Below, in pieces: positions 39,078 through 53,591 of a stretch of DNA of 64,000 bases. Below the pieces are notes generated by a model, which saw only the letters and a program-made list of their open reading frames with translations, did not search any database and was not told where the DNA came from. How positions within the stretch are numbered: position 1 is the first letter of the stretch; each line of letters opens with the position of its first letter. Both the position numbers and the translations under genes were made by a program. The DNA is from Eledone cirrhosa (lineage: Eukaryota), in contig OZ024759.1 in NCBI GenBank assembly GCA_964016885.1, positions 22,134,001-22,198,000 of the forward strand, written 5' to 3'.

Positions 39078-42000
39078 AGGCACATGGCTTAGTGGTTAGA
39101 GCATTGGCCTTGCAATTGAAAGGTTGTGAGTTCAATTCTCAGAGTTCAATTGCTCAGTGATCCTTGAGCAAGACACTTTATTTCACATTGCTCCAGTTTA
39201 CTCAGCTGTAGAAATGAGATGATAGGGACTGGGGTCCCTATCCTTCCACTGCAAAGTGGTCATGGAGGTGCCACGGCAAAAAAGCACCCAGCACTCACTG
39301 TAAATGAGGTTGGTGTTAGGAAGGGCATCCAGCTGTAGAAATCAAGCCAGAATCAGTTCCCGTCCCACCCTTGCTAGCAGGGAAAAGCGGACGTAAAATG
39401 AAATGAAATGATGATAATATATATAAATAAGGATAGAACCTGTTCAAAACTAGTTAGACTATTACTCAACAGAGTACTCAATACTTGGGATAGTAGAGTG
39501 TGGTTATATTATAAAGAGTCTGGAATTAGCTGTTGAGGTGGAAGGGGCTCAGCCATCAGGCTTCGACTATTTATAATATATATATATATCCATATTTCGG
39601 TGAGGAGCGGGAAGACCATAAATCAAAGCAGTTTGCGATGCTATGTGGTGGGATGCAAAGTGGGTATATTGATATGGTGGAGGTTTGACTGAGGGGTCGG
39701 GTAGTTTCACCTTGTAATCTTGGCTACCATTTGTGCATGTGTGTGTGTATCTACAAACCAGTGAATGTGTTTGTATGTATGTATGTGTGTGTGTGTGTGT
39801 GTGATCAAAAATGCTGCGCCCCCCCCCCCCCCCCCCCCCCAACAAATAAAATTTTCTACATATTCACCACTGTTAGTTTGTGTGTGTATATGTGAATGTA
39901 TATATATATACACACACATATACAGTGCTATTTGAAGACTACAACAATACAAAATGGATGGTAGATTTTTTAATAAATTGAAGGCAATGAAGATGTTGGT
40001 GTTACTTGTTATTTTATATATATATATAGTTGTCCCCCCAGTACTCACAGAGGTTACGTTCCTAGAGCCCCCACATTGTTCCAATATACTCAGCTGAAAA
40101 TGAGTACCACCAGAAATAGCAGGGGGTTTAACCTTTTGATGGACTGGCGTTTTCTCCATGTGGGGAATCTTGTACTCTCAGTCGCTTCATGCCACAGAAA
40201 CTGGGTTAAAAACCGGTCTGATAAGCCTCTGGACTCAAGACAAATCTTTAACCCTGCGATGGACTGGTGTCCTGTCCAGGAGGGGGAGGGTGGTCTTGAA
40301 TTCTTAGTTGCTTCATGCCATGGATACCAGGTTAAGGACCAGCCTGATGAGCCTCTAGACTCAAGACAAAGTTTAACCCTGTGATGGACTAGTGTTATGT
40401 GCAGGTGGGGAGTCTTGTACTCTCCATTTCTTCACACCACAGAAACTGCAATAACTGGCTTGATGAGCCTCCTAGCTTGAGATACACTTCAGACTTTATT
40501 ACAGTTCATTTGTTTTCTCTTACAAATTACTTATCTATAAAATTTATCACATGCTTTATTATATATATTTTATCTATAAAATTTATGTCATGAATACATG
40601 TCATGAATACATTTTTCCAATACCAGATTTTTGTTGTATTAATTTCAACTATTTTTTTTCAGCTTGGAACAGAAAGGGGATAAAAAAAAAATTGAAATGA
40701 AATGAGAAAAAGATATTTTGTTTTTCATGTTTGTCAAAATTGAAATGTGTACAAATTTCTCTCAGCAGTGTGTATATAGAATACATACAAATGTATATGT
40801 GTATATACATACACACACTGACACACACAAACATACACACACATAAACATACACACACATATATATTTTAATATGAAGCTGACTGGTCAGGGATATGCAA
40901 TCCACATTCTAGTTAGTCGGCTGTGATGCAGATAAAATGAAGTGCTCAACCATATGTATAAATGGTACAAGCCGGCTCTCTCTCTCTCTCTCTCTCTTAT
41001 ATATATATATATGTGTGATATATAAAATACGTGGCAAACTGGCATATATCTTCCTAGTTACTCAGTTTCCCAAAGCAAGTTGATCTTGCTTTATTTGTCA
41101 GCAGTTTGGAAAGTACCTAGGAAGGTATAGCTAGTTTGCCATATACTTTATATAATATAGTATGTTTACCTCAATGTTTACCTATTGAGGGCTCTATCTG
41201 ATACATTCAGGCAACAATATATATATATATATATTATTATTATTAAAATAACAGATTTTAGTCTTCAAATTTATTATTATTACTATATATATATATATAT
41301 ATATAGTTTATATGAAGCATTGTGGTATATACAATTAAGAATATAATCAGACAGTTAGTACAATGTATATATGAAATATCATGATGGAACTACAATAAAG
41401 TACGAATGACAAAACAAAACAATAGTTCTTTTCCTTATATTTCATAATATTTTGAGCCTAGAACCACTTCATCAAATGAAGAAAAAAAACAACAAAAAAG
41501 AGGCTTGTTCTTATGAACTATTCTTTGTTGTGTGACTGACCAATGGTGGAAGTAGGTCAATAGAAAGGTGATATGTGCTGACCAATCACAATCTCCAGTT
41601 AGGGGCCCCATGTAGCTCAAATCTGTTTTTAATACCAGGTTTATGTGAAGGTGCATGGCTGAATAGTTAGAGAGTTGAGCTTGCGATCATGAGATTGTGA
41701 GTTCGATTCCTGGACTGGATGATGTGTTGTGACCTTGAGCAAGACACTTTATTTAACGTTACTCCAGTTTACTCAGCTGCAGAAATGGGTTGCAATGTCA
41801 CAAGTGTCAAGCTGTATTGGCCTGTGAGTTATAGTGTATAGATAATGTATATATGAGTTGTGACGTCACGGGTGCCAAGCTTTCCCGGCTATTGCCTTTG
41901 CCTTAAACATCATACATAGTGTATATATGAGTTGTGACATCACTGGTGCCAAGCTGCATCAGCCATTGCCTTTCCCTTCGACATCATAGATAGTGTATAT

Positions 42001-43203
42001 AGCCAAAATCACCCTGGGTGAACTAAACATGGTCATCTGACCTGATTCTCTCCCTAAGGGTCGACCCGTCCTACCCATTCTAGCGTGGAAGATGGACCTT
42101 AAACGATGATGATAATAGTGTATATATAATGTATATATGAGTATTCACGTCACTGGAACCAAACTGTTTGGCCATTGCCTTTCCCTTGGACAACATCGGT
42201 GGTATGGAGAGGGGAGACTGGTATGCATGGTTGACTGCTGGTCTTCCACAAACAACCTTACCCGGACTTGTGCAAATCCCATGATCATTGTTGAGCAAAG
42301 GGGGTCTTTACCTCGACTAGGTTTTTACCTGTTGATAAGTATGGTCTGTGTTTGATTAGCAAATCACCTCGTATCAACAGGTGTAGAACCTATTGTTCAG
42401 TCTTGGCATTCTTTCATTCTTAATCTAGTTTCATTATACTTCCTATTTATATTGTACCAGCTTTCTAGTTCAGCCTTAATACACACACACACAGACTCAC
42501 ACTCATACAGTGTGGTTGGGGTTAGGAAGGGCATCCAGCCATAGAAAACCAGCCTGAAACAGTCCTATATGAGCGAGACACAGTCATCCGACCAAACTTG
42601 CCTCAAATGGGACAAACCCGTCTAACCCATGCTAGCGTGGAAGATAGATGTTAAATGATGATGATGATATACATACATATGTACATACACATATACACAT
42701 AGATATACATTCACACATATATTTGCACACACACACACATATATATATTTATATATATATATATATCTCAGTGGTATGTATTTTTAACATACTGTTATAT
42801 TTTGGTTGTGTTTTTCAATATCATCTATTACTTTCTGTATCTCTGTGTTCTGCTTTTACGTTAGTACATTAGTAGTATTAGTAGTACATTTGTAGTATTG
42901 GTATTAATCACAGCTGTTTGTACTCTTTTTCTATTGATTTCTCTCACTTTGTTTTAGTTTTTTTTCTTTCTCCCCTTGTTGTTGTTGCTGTTGTTTATTT
43001 TTTAATATGTATTATCAATAATATCTATACACTATTAGAGTGTGTATGCATGTGTGTACATCTATACACTATTAGAGTGTGTATGTATATATGTATGTAT
43101 ATATATATATATGTATATATGGATGTATATATATATTTATATATATATGTATATATGTGTAAACATGTAGACTCGCATCTAAGACGCAAGTCTACATGTT
43201 AAC

Positions 43204-43295
43204 ACATATCTGAGGAGCTTTCGATTCCAGAGTCAGGTTCGATCATTAATTGATCATTCATCGAGCTGATCGACAGTGAAACATGTGTAATATGT
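43204..43295 (+). ncRNA. Type I hammerhead ribozyme motif with approximately 60-nt stem II (SCAMP intron 1, sense)
   Basis: ACATAT-CTGAGGA-[GCT t TCGATT...GATCGA c AGT]-GAAA-CATGTG-TA-ATATGT; GUA triplet; perfect 6-bp stem I. Confidence 0.78.
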
Positions 43296-43469
43296 AATTA
43301 AATATGTATATGATGCAACACTTATTCTTTGTTCCCTTATATATTATTATTATTGATACTCTGCTCCCCAAGAGCATCGAGTGCTCATTCGGCATACCAC
43401 CTACGGATGCACTTAATTTGTACCTTTATTACCAATATATCATCATATATATATATGTGTGTGTATGTA

Positions 43470-43523
<54 letters not shown>

Positions 43524-43561
43524 TATATTGCATATATATATGTATATATATCTATACACAC

Positions 43562-43596
<35 letters not shown>

Positions 43597-44972
43597 CCAA
43601 GAAAAGGGGGTGTAGAAGACAAAGACAAGATAAAACAATGGACAAATGAACTGTCCTTACGATTTAGGACTCCCACTGGCACCCACCCTCCCCTCATACT
43701 TTGGTATCTTTCTCTTCCTCTTTCTCTCTCGCTCTCGCTCTCTCTCTCTCTCCCTCTCTCTCTTTATATATAGGGCATACCTCTCTAGTTCTCTGGGACA
43801 TAACTCTCTTTCTCTTCCTTGCCACTGCTTTTTGCTCTCTCTCTCTCCCTCTCTCCTACCCCTCACCCTCAGACAATTCTTGTTCTCTCTCTCCTCCCCT
43901 TTTCCCTGTCTCCCTTTCCCACTTTTTCCTATGAAAGTTATTTTGAGCTGGTCTTTGCCCTTATGACACCCAGGGATATGGTGCACAATAGATATTTACT
44001 CTAATAGTTTTCATTAAAGTTTTGAATATTTCATAATGGAAGACATCACATGAGAAAACATGAATATATATGAATATATAAGCAAACGAAAGGTGCCTCT
44101 ATGTGGTTGTTTGATTTGCTAAAAGATACAGCCAAATTCCCTTCAAGTTACACATCCTACCACCTTAAAAAAGGAAAGGATGTATTGGTCAATTTACTTC
44201 GAGATATGTGGCTCAGAAAAAAGTACCAGCAGCAGTGGATGGCATCTTGTCATGTAACCTACACAACCACTTTACAGTGTGGACTGGGCACTTTTTGTTG
44301 TCAACTACATGACCACTTTACAGTGTAGACTGGGGACTTTTTGCTGTGTCACCTACAAGACCACTTCCCAGTGTAGACTGGGCACTTTTTGTCATGTCAG
44401 TTATACGACCACTCAGCAGTGCCGGCTGGTCACCTTTTGTCGTGTCACCTACACGACCACTCAGCAGTGCCGGCTGGACACTTTTTGTTGTGTCACCAAA
44501 TGTCATATGGCGCTAAATAACAACAGAGCCCATACAACTTCAATCTAATTAAATAGACATTTTAAGATGAGACTATATATACTTCATTTTCCAAACTTAG
44601 AGTACTTTTTATATATTGGTCAACTAAAATCTCCCTCTTCTTCTTCTTCTTCTCTCTCTCTCTGTTTTACCCCTCCCCCACCTATTCTACCCTACCCTGA
44701 ACCCACGTTTCACTTTCTCCCTCTCTTTCCTTTACTCTCTCTCTCTCTCACCGACTCTATTCTCCATTTTCCGACAAATTCCATCATCACCACCACCACC
44801 ACCATCACCAGGTAATATCTCTACCACCGCCACCACCACCTAGCTAATATCTCTACCACCACCACCTCTAGCTAATATCTCTAGCACCTAGCTAATATCT
44901 CTAATACCCTTCACCGATGCCAGGATCTCATGGTGATTCCATTACTTGATGCGACTGTTTATCTGTTTCCAG

Positions 44973-45059
44973 GATCCCTCCGTCAGACAGGCTACCAGTG
45001 GCACCCAAGGCACCCTGGATGACTTCAACCCTTTTGCTGATAAGAACAACACCCAGCCG
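44973..45059 (+). CDS. SCAMP: SCAMP coding exon 2 (DPSVRQATSGTQGTLDDFNPFADKNNTQP)
   Basis: tgtttccag acceptor, GTAATC donor, phase 0/0; DPSV and third NPF motif typical of SCAMPs. Confidence 0.93.
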
Positions 45060-45154
45060 GTAATCTAACTCCTCGTTAAAACTCCTATACATACACACAC
45101 ACACACACACACACACACTTATATAGCATTGGTTTGGCTGGTCAAAAAAGAGTG

Positions 45155-45425
45155 GAGGCACGTGGCCTAGTGGAAAGGGTGTTGGACTTATGATCATAAT
45201 GTCGTTGGTTCGATTCCTGAACTGGGTTGTGTGTTGTGTTCTTGAGCAAAACACTTCATTTCACATTGCTCTAGTATACCCAGCTGAAAGTGAGTTACCA
45301 GCAATAACTGGGGGTTTAAACCTGCAATGGACTGGCGTCCTGTCCAGGGGAGTCTTGTACTCTCAGTCGCTTCACGCCACAGAAACCAAGATAAGCTGAT
45401 GAGCCTCTGAGCTAGAGACAGGCTT
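45155..45425 (+). mobile_element. tRNA-derived SINE family B (CORE-like tgtgttcttgagcaaaacactt)
   Basis: A-box tggcctagtgg, B-box ggttcgattcc, CORE-like segment; other copies at about 14773-14885(-), 22905-23000, 24780-24900(-), 35720-35815(-), 39075-39215, 41650-41790, 52555-53020. Confidence 0.78.
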
Positions 45426-45856
45426 TATTTAGACTTTTAGGCTGGTCAGTCAGTCAGTCACCTTTTATACCCTTCTTACTTATAAATAACTACTAAAAAC
45501 TAATCTAATCGACTCTTAGATGAGGCGCCACCAACTTATTGTTTAACCATTTTGTTACTATATTTCCAATGAAAGACACAGCATTTGCTTTTGAAATTAT
45601 TTTTTAAATATTCAACTTGAAAGGATTTAGCCATATAACTTCTTGTATTAAATTATTTGGCTGGTGTTTGGAATGTAACTTAAAGGTTCTTACATAAAAT
45701 GATGGAAGCTTTTTTAGATAAATATAAACACTTTAATACATTCATTATCATATTTCTTAAGAAAGACACAACAGATGGTTTCCAAATCATTCTGGAAATA
45801 ATCAATTTGGAAGGATTTAGTCATATAACTTCTTCTAAACATCCATTACCGGTGCC

Positions 45857-46180
45857 TTAACAAAGATCCTCCTCCAGTTTCCCACTCTCCAGCATTGCCG
45901 TCTGAATTTCCCCTATTTCCAACCTGGTGTCATCTTCAAGAACATTCTTCAGTGTGATGGTTGGTCTCCCAGCTTGTCTGGACACATCAGGTTTCCAGAA
46001 AAGAACTCTACCAGCAGGTTCATTGCGACGTTTCACATGTCCAGCTAATGTGAGCCTCCTATGCCTTATAATGTCACACAGGTGATGGTGTGAGCTGTAG
46101 AGCAACTTATTTAGTGTGTATGTTTTCCAGATATGTTCTGGACCTTTCTTAGCATTTTGCGTGAATGTGCCATTAATCCT
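45857..46180 (-). mobile_element. RTE-like LINE 3' remnant (different family)
   Basis: IRHRRLTLAGHVKR..EPAGRVLFWKP....AGRP. Confidence 0.65.
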
Positions 46181-48719
46181 AGATGGTTTGGTAGATTGAT
46201 GAAGTGGATGACTTCTTATACCATGGCAGTTTCAAGAACACAGAGCACGATGTGGACACCAGGATAGGCAAGGCATGGGTTGAGTGCTCTCAACTCGCTG
46301 TCAAAAGTGTGGGTGTCTCCAATCAAGAAAACAATGTAAATGTCATATAGTCATATAACTATATTAATAAATTTAATAAAATGATATTTGGAGCATAACT
46401 TAACAAAGATTCTTACATAAAAATAGAATGGAAAGTTTTTTTTTAGATAAATATAGACATTTTCTAACAGACTGTTTTGTATTATAGAATTTGTGGCTGG
46501 TTTCAGGCAGTCAGGCATCAAAAGGGGCAAACCATCTAGATTATTGAGATATGGGAATCCCCCCCCCCCCTTTTTTTTTTTTTTATTTGCTTCTTAACTC
46601 TTTTGATACCAGACTGCTCAAAACCACTACTGGTTCTACAATGCATTACCAGACAGTTTATTTTAATTTTAAAAAACCTTCCATCGTAATTTTATGTAAG
46701 AATGTATTTGTTTTGCAAGTTTTTTTTTAATATGAAATTGGGTGTTGAAACAGATATTGTTATATTTATGTAAGAACCTTTAACCCTTTAGCATTTAAAC
46801 CAGCTGTATCTGACCAGAATTCTCTCACTTCTTTCTGTTCAAACCAGTCGTAACCAGCCACTCATACCAACGTTAAGGTATTCTTCTCAAAATAGATAAT
46901 ATCAAAATCTCGTAGATTAGATATTATGTGAGGTAAAGCCTTTAACGTGAAATTACAATAGTAAATATAGAGTAATGTAAATGCTAAAGGGTTGAGATAT
47001 CTCCCAATCACCAGTTTAATAATGATAAAGTTAGTGTTATATTACTAAATCCCACCAAATTCTTGATTATTTTCAAAATTATTTGAAAAGCATAAGCAGT
47101 GTCTTTAATTAGAAATATGGTAACACAAACAGTTTAAGAAGAAAAAAAAAACAGTAGAGAAATTTAGAAAAGAAAGGAAATAAATTAGAAATGTTCGATG
47201 AGAAAAGTGAAATTCTATTTTGGTTGGAAAGATTTGCCTAGTTGTTTCTTTTTGTTTGTTTGTTTGTTTTTCTTTTAATTTTTTTTTTTTTTGCTTTATT
47301 TTAAAACATTTCTTTTCTGTCTTTCTTAAACTTTGTCAATTTTTGTTCTGTTTTGTATATGTATTTAAATTCTTCTGTATTTTTATGTGTTTGATGATGA
47401 TAATAATAATGTTTAAAATCATTCATTGAGAATGCATATTTTTGTTTGTATGTTTGCCTGATGTTGTTGCTATCCTTTTTTTTTTTAATTTCTGTATAGT
47501 GTATGAACTATTAAATGTTACTCGCCTCCTCACCCCATCCTTGCATGTTATGTTTAGTTCACCCATCTATTATTTAAAATATTTAAAATGAAAGAAAAAC
47601 AACAGCACCAATTTCTCTTGTGAAATGATAGACAAAAAAAAAAGAAAAAAAGCAACAAGTAACTAAATAAATGACATTTTAAAGAGGATGATAAACAAAA
47701 TGAAATGAAATGTCAATTAGTTAAAACAATCCTAGTTTAGTAATTGTTTCTACTTTTGGCACAAGGCCAGCTATTAACTCAGTGTATTACTGGTACTTTA
47801 TTTTATCGATCCCGTAAGGACGAAAGGCCAACGTTAACTTTACCTTTCATCCTTACGGGGTCGATAATAAAGTACCAGTAATACACTGGAGTGTAGAAAC
47901 AAGTATTTACTAATACACTGGAGTGTAGAAACAATTATTTACTAGGATTGTTTTAACTAATTGACATTTCATTTCATTTTGTTTATCATCCTCTTAAAAA
48001 TGTCATTTATTTATTTAGTTACTTGTTGCTTTCTTTCTTTTTCTTTTTTTTTGTCTATCATTTCACGAGAGAAATTGGTGCTGTTGTTTTTTCTTTCATT
48101 TTAATTTTATTTAAACATTTTTGTTACCAGATTCCTGAGGAAAAATTCTGCCTATGATTTTTGAAATGAGTAAAACTAGCTGTCACTTAGATCACCTTGG
48201 TAGCAAAAGCTATCAACTTCTTCTATGGATCCTCCGTGGGATTGGAAAACACTTTATTACACTGATGTACATGCTGTCAACAATCCCTGTATATCTGTTA
48301 CCCCCAGTAGACTGGCTGAGTCAGAAGTCATTCGTTTACTGTAGACCAGAAACGGCGTATTAAATGGCATAACCATAAATGAAGGGGTGTGAGGTTGCAG
48401 TCATGTGACTGTTTTGTCAGACATGGTGTTTTAAGAGGTGTTTGGGTTGTTCCATTATGTAGTAAGAAAGGATGTGGAGGGGTGTGAGGCTGCAATCATG
48501 TGATGTGTGGTTTTTGTCAGACATGTAGGGGTTTTAAGATGTCTGGGATGTTCCATTATGTAGTAAGAATGGATGGTGGAAGCAGGGAGGGTGGCACACA
48601 TGTGGGTATATAATAAATATGACAATTGAATGTTCAATCCTGAGCAAAATATGTGTACAGAAAATCTTTTGAATTCAACACATTACAGATACTCTTCAAT
48701 TAATTTTGAAAATCAGACT

Positions 48720-49050
48720 GGTAAAGTGTGTAGCTTGGAGATCAGGGAGACACTCCAGGTAGAGCCGCTACTTCTCTGAGAGATCACAGCTTCAATACTA
48801 TGGACATGTGGTTAGAATGTCTTAGGAAAGACTTGGTGGACAGATTTTACAGGCAAAAAACAACTGACAAGAGACCCAGGGGTAGACCCCGAGCAATATG
48901 GTTGGTTAACATCCATGAGCTTGGCTAGTCTCGCTTGGGGATCCAGCCGGATCAATTAGAGATAGTTGCTTCTGACAGGACCCGCTGGAGGGAGTATTTG
49001 AGGTGTCTTCTCCCATGACCCTCTCAGGAATAAGTGGGCGAAGAAGAAAA
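48720..49050 (+). mobile_element. RTE-like LINE 3' end with (GAA)n tail; homologs at 56270-56620(-) and 31395-31550(-)
   Basis: GHVVRM..ER....IL.AKP.GRRPRG.P.ARWLDNI pattern. Confidence 0.7.
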
Positions 49051-52000
49051 CTGGTTGTTCATGGGAACTGCAATATGCTGACAATCGGGTTGTAGTTTTT
49101 ATTTTGTGATTTTTAGATGGTTTGAAAGAGTTAGAGAAGAAGTTAGAACCAAAAGGGCTAAGAATAAACTTAGGAAAAAAACTAAAGTTTTGATAACTAG
49201 GAAAGAAGACATGACCCTGATCCCTTCAGGGATGTGGCCTTACTTGATATGTAGAAAAGATGTAGACAATGTAAATCTTGGATACACAAAAGGTGTAGTG
49301 GTATAGCAGCTAGGATTAACAGAAAAGGTAGACTTTGTATGTAAAAGATGCACAGGGATTGTTGGTAGCTAGAGCATACATGCATGGTCCCATAACTTCT
49401 AAGGGAGTCGTAGGGGTGCCGTATTGACATATGGTGTTTCTAGGGCATTTTAAAACCTGGTGGAGCCTAATCCTATCCACGTCTGAATACAACAAATTTC
49501 TTCTAGAGAATGATAGAGGGAGAGAGATAATGAAAACGAGAAAGAGATATAGTGAAAGTATTGATCCCAGTACTAGACTGGTACTTTTATATCGACCTTG
49601 AATGGATGAAAGGCAAAGTTGACCTCAGCAAACCGAAGTGAGAGTGAGGAAGTGATATAGAGGAAGAATCAACTGCAATACTAGACTGGTACTGTTTTTA
49701 TTGACTTGAATGAATGAAAGGCAAAGTTGAACTCAGAGATCTGAAACAAATACTACAAAGCATTCTATCAGACGTTCTGATGGCTCTAACAATTTTTCGC
49801 CTAGTAGGAAATCAGTGTAATAAACATTTTTCAATCCCAGGGAGGATCCATTGAAGTAGTTGATAGCTTTTGCTAGCAAGGCGATCTAATTAACAGTGGA
49901 GGAGGTTTCTCTGAGAACATATCAGCTAGAAGAAGAACAGGATGGAAAAAGTTCAGGCAGCTACTTCCTCTGTTAACAACAAAATTTTTCTCTCTATGAA
50001 TGAAAGGCCAGGTGTATCATGTCTGTGTGTGTGAAGTGCAATGCTACATGGTAGTGGGACATGGGCCATGAATGCGGAGGATATGAGAAGGCTGGAGAGA
50101 AATAAAGCAAGCATGCTTCAGTGAGTGTACAATGTTAATGTGTGTGAATGACAAAGCATGGATAAGCTGAGAGAAAAACTGGATACAAGAGGAATCGATT
50201 GTAATGTGCAGGTGAGAAGACTGCACTGTTGTGGACATGTGATGCACATGGATGATGGTCATTGGGTGAATTCTTGACTATTTTGAAAATGATTTGTTAA
50301 TCATAGGCAGTATCTCTCGCTAATAAAATAGTAACGAAATAATCAAGAATTTGAAGCCATTATTAAAAAATAAAGTAGAAACAATTATTATGTAGGTATT
50401 GAGGGTGGTGGATTGGCAGTGTCAGTAGAGTGTCGGACAACATGCTTTGCAGCATATAGTTAGGTTCCTTTACATTCTGAGTTCAAATTTTGCTGAGGTT
50501 AGCTTTGCCTTTCATCCTTATGGGGTTGATGAAATAATGTACCTGTAGCATACTGGGGTTGATTTAATCAACTTTCCACTCTCCTAAAATTGTTGGCCTT
50601 GTGCCTAACTCAGAAACCATTATTGTGCAGGTGTTAGGATCATAACTTAACAGGTTTTTAGATTAAAGAAGAGGTGGTGAATTTTGAGATATAAAACATT
50701 TAAACCTTTAGCATTTACATTACTCTATATTTCACAGTAAAGGCTTTACCTCACATAATTATATCACATAATATCAAGTCTGGGATTTTCATATTATTTA
50801 TTTTGAGCACAATACCTTAACATCAGTATGAGCAGCCGGTTATGGCTGGTTTGAATAGAAAGAGGTGAGAGAATTCTGGCCTGATACAGCCAGTTTAACC
50901 CTTTAGCATTTGCATTACTCCATATTTACTATTATACTTTCACAGTAAAGGCTTTACCTCACATAATATCGAGTGTATGAGATTTTGATATTTATTTTGA
51001 GAACAATACCTTAATATCAGTATGAGCAGCCAGTTACGGCAGATTTGAACAGAAAGAGGTGAGAGGATTCTGGCCAGATATAGCTGGTTTAAATGCTAAA
51101 AGATTAAAATGATCAATTTTGTATCATTAGAAGTTTATTCCTTTGATCCAAAACTACCTGAAATTACAACATGGTGCTATGATACAAAACTATCTTAAAG
51201 TGTTTGTTATATTTAGGGATGGTCTTTTTGCCAGTAAATTTGATCACATGATTTCACATCAAGAATCTTGGAAAAGAAATAGTACATTAACATATTTTAA
51301 AGTGTTCATATTGGTCTAAAAACTTCCTATTACAATTTTATGTAACAACCTTTGCTAATGAGAAAGTTAATTATATTACTAAATCTTTCTAAATTCTTGA
51401 TTATTTTCAAAATTAATTGAAAATTAAAGGCAATGGTGGTAACAAATGAGTTAAAATGTTTATATTTATTTAAAAACTTTTTATTATAATTTAATATAAG
51501 AACTTTTAAGTTATGCTCCAAGCACCAGCTTAAAAAGGAGAAAATTAGTTATATGAATAAATCTGTCCAAATTTCTTCTTTGAAGGAATTTGGGATTATT
51601 TGAGAATCGTAGGCAGGATCTCTCATTAGAAATATGGAAACAAAAGGGTTAATAGATAGGACCACTTAAAATTAATCAGTTTTGTATGGTAGAAGGTGTG
51701 GGGGGAGGGGGTCAGATGGGTTAGTATTAAAAGGGTTAATTATAATTGGTTCATAGTTTTGTGACTACTTGAGAGGCCTAAGTGTAGTAAGCTTTAATAT
51801 TATTTTTAAATACAGGTCAACATTCAAGCCAATGTCTTAGTCATTGTGTGACCTCATTGTTGATACTCTGCTATGGTGAATTATTAATGTAAAAATTGAA
51901 AACAAACAGATTCTTTCAAATGAAAGGTCCGCTGTATGACGCCTGTGTTTGAAATGCAATACTGCATTGTATTGAGACATGGGTGGTGAACACAGAGGAT

Positions 52001-53131
52001 ATGCAATAGCTGCAGAGAAATGGAGCAAGCATGCTTTGGTGGATATGCAATATTAATGTGTAAAAAAGCATGGATAAACTGAGTATAAGAGGAATCAGAT
52101 GTAGGGTGCAGGAGAGAAGACTGTGCATGGATGATAATTGTTGGGTGAAGAAGTGCCAAGAAATCCCAGTTGAGGAAGACCAAGGAAGACCTAGGTGGAG
52201 GTTGTGAGAGCTGATCTCAGATCTCTGAAGCTTACAGAGGAGATGAAGGAAGATGACATGTAGATATGCTGTGTTGTAAAACACCTGCCCAACTCATGCA
52301 AGTGTGGAACAGCAGATGTAAATTAATGCTGTTGATGATGATGATCTTGTTTCGGCTACATAATCTCATTTGTTCTCTGGCCCTACTTCAATACATTTGA
52401 AATAATCTGCTGTGGAGTTATAAATAATTGATATGAATATACTTTATATAACTAGGAGAAAGGTGTATGCTGCATGGGAGTGAGAGAAGTACAGTGATTT
52501 ATGGGAATGAGAGACATGGGTATGAATAGCGATGAGCAATGAATGGAAGTGTGGAGGTGTGTGGCCTAGTAGTAAGTGTATTGGACTTATGATCATAGCA
52601 TCATGAGTTTGGTTCCTCAACTGGGTTGTGTGTTGTATTTTTGTGCAAAACACTTCATTTCACATTGCTCCAGTGGTTAGGGTGTTGGACTTAAGATCAT
52701 AATACGATGGGTTATGTGTTGTGTTTTTCAACAAAACACTTCATTTATTGTTGCTCCAGTGGTAAGTGTGTTGGACTTACAATTAGTCATGGGTTTTGCT
52801 TCCTGGACTTGGTTGTGTGTTGTGTTCTTGAGCAAAACACTTCATTTCACATTGCTCCAGTATACTGAGCTGAAAATGGGTTACCAGCAGTAGCTGAGGG
52901 TTTAATCCTATGATAGATTGGCATCCTGTCCAGGAGGAAGTCTTGTATTCTCATTTGCTTAATGCTATGGAAACTGTGATAAGCACTGACCTGACTAGCC
53001 TCTGGGCTTGAGACAGACTTTAGAAAGAATGGAAATGAGAATGGTAAGGTGTGTGTGTGATTTTTCAGATGACATTGGGGCCAAGCTGTATAAGCCTTTG
53101 CCTTTTCTTTGAATAGTTTCATATATGTGTG

Positions 53132-53200
<69 letters not shown>

Positions 53201-53591
53201 TATATATATATATATAGTATATATATATGAGTTGTGGTGACACTGATGCCATTATGTCAACTTTTGCCTTTCCCTTGGAGATGTTCTATGATGTGTCTAT
53301 ATATTCTAACTACCTTATTACTGTGTGCTTTTTGTCATGGCACCAGTATGACCACCTTACAGGGTGGACTGGTAGCTATTTGTCATAGCACCTGTACGAC
53401 CACCTTACAGGGTGGACTGGTCACCTTTTTGTCCTGTGTATATATTCTCAATATGTACCGAATGTCTTATAATTTCCACATATATATATATTCTGAATGT
53501 CTTATAATTTCCTCATGTGTATATGTATATATATATATATATATATACTGAATGTGTGATAATTTCCTTTCTTAACTAAAATATATTTCAG

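Noticed and set aside
45395-45420. CTGATGAG motifs at 45397, 40344 and about 54306; CTGATGA at 36851, about 37290 and about 54752
   Set aside because: No stem II-GAAA-stem III arrangement; they are parts of SINE tails or (GAT)n repeats
50400-50620. CpG decay in intronic SINEs as a gene-body methylation gradient
   Set aside because: Other intronic copies (20740, 60320, 63683) retain CpGs, so element age explains the pattern equally well
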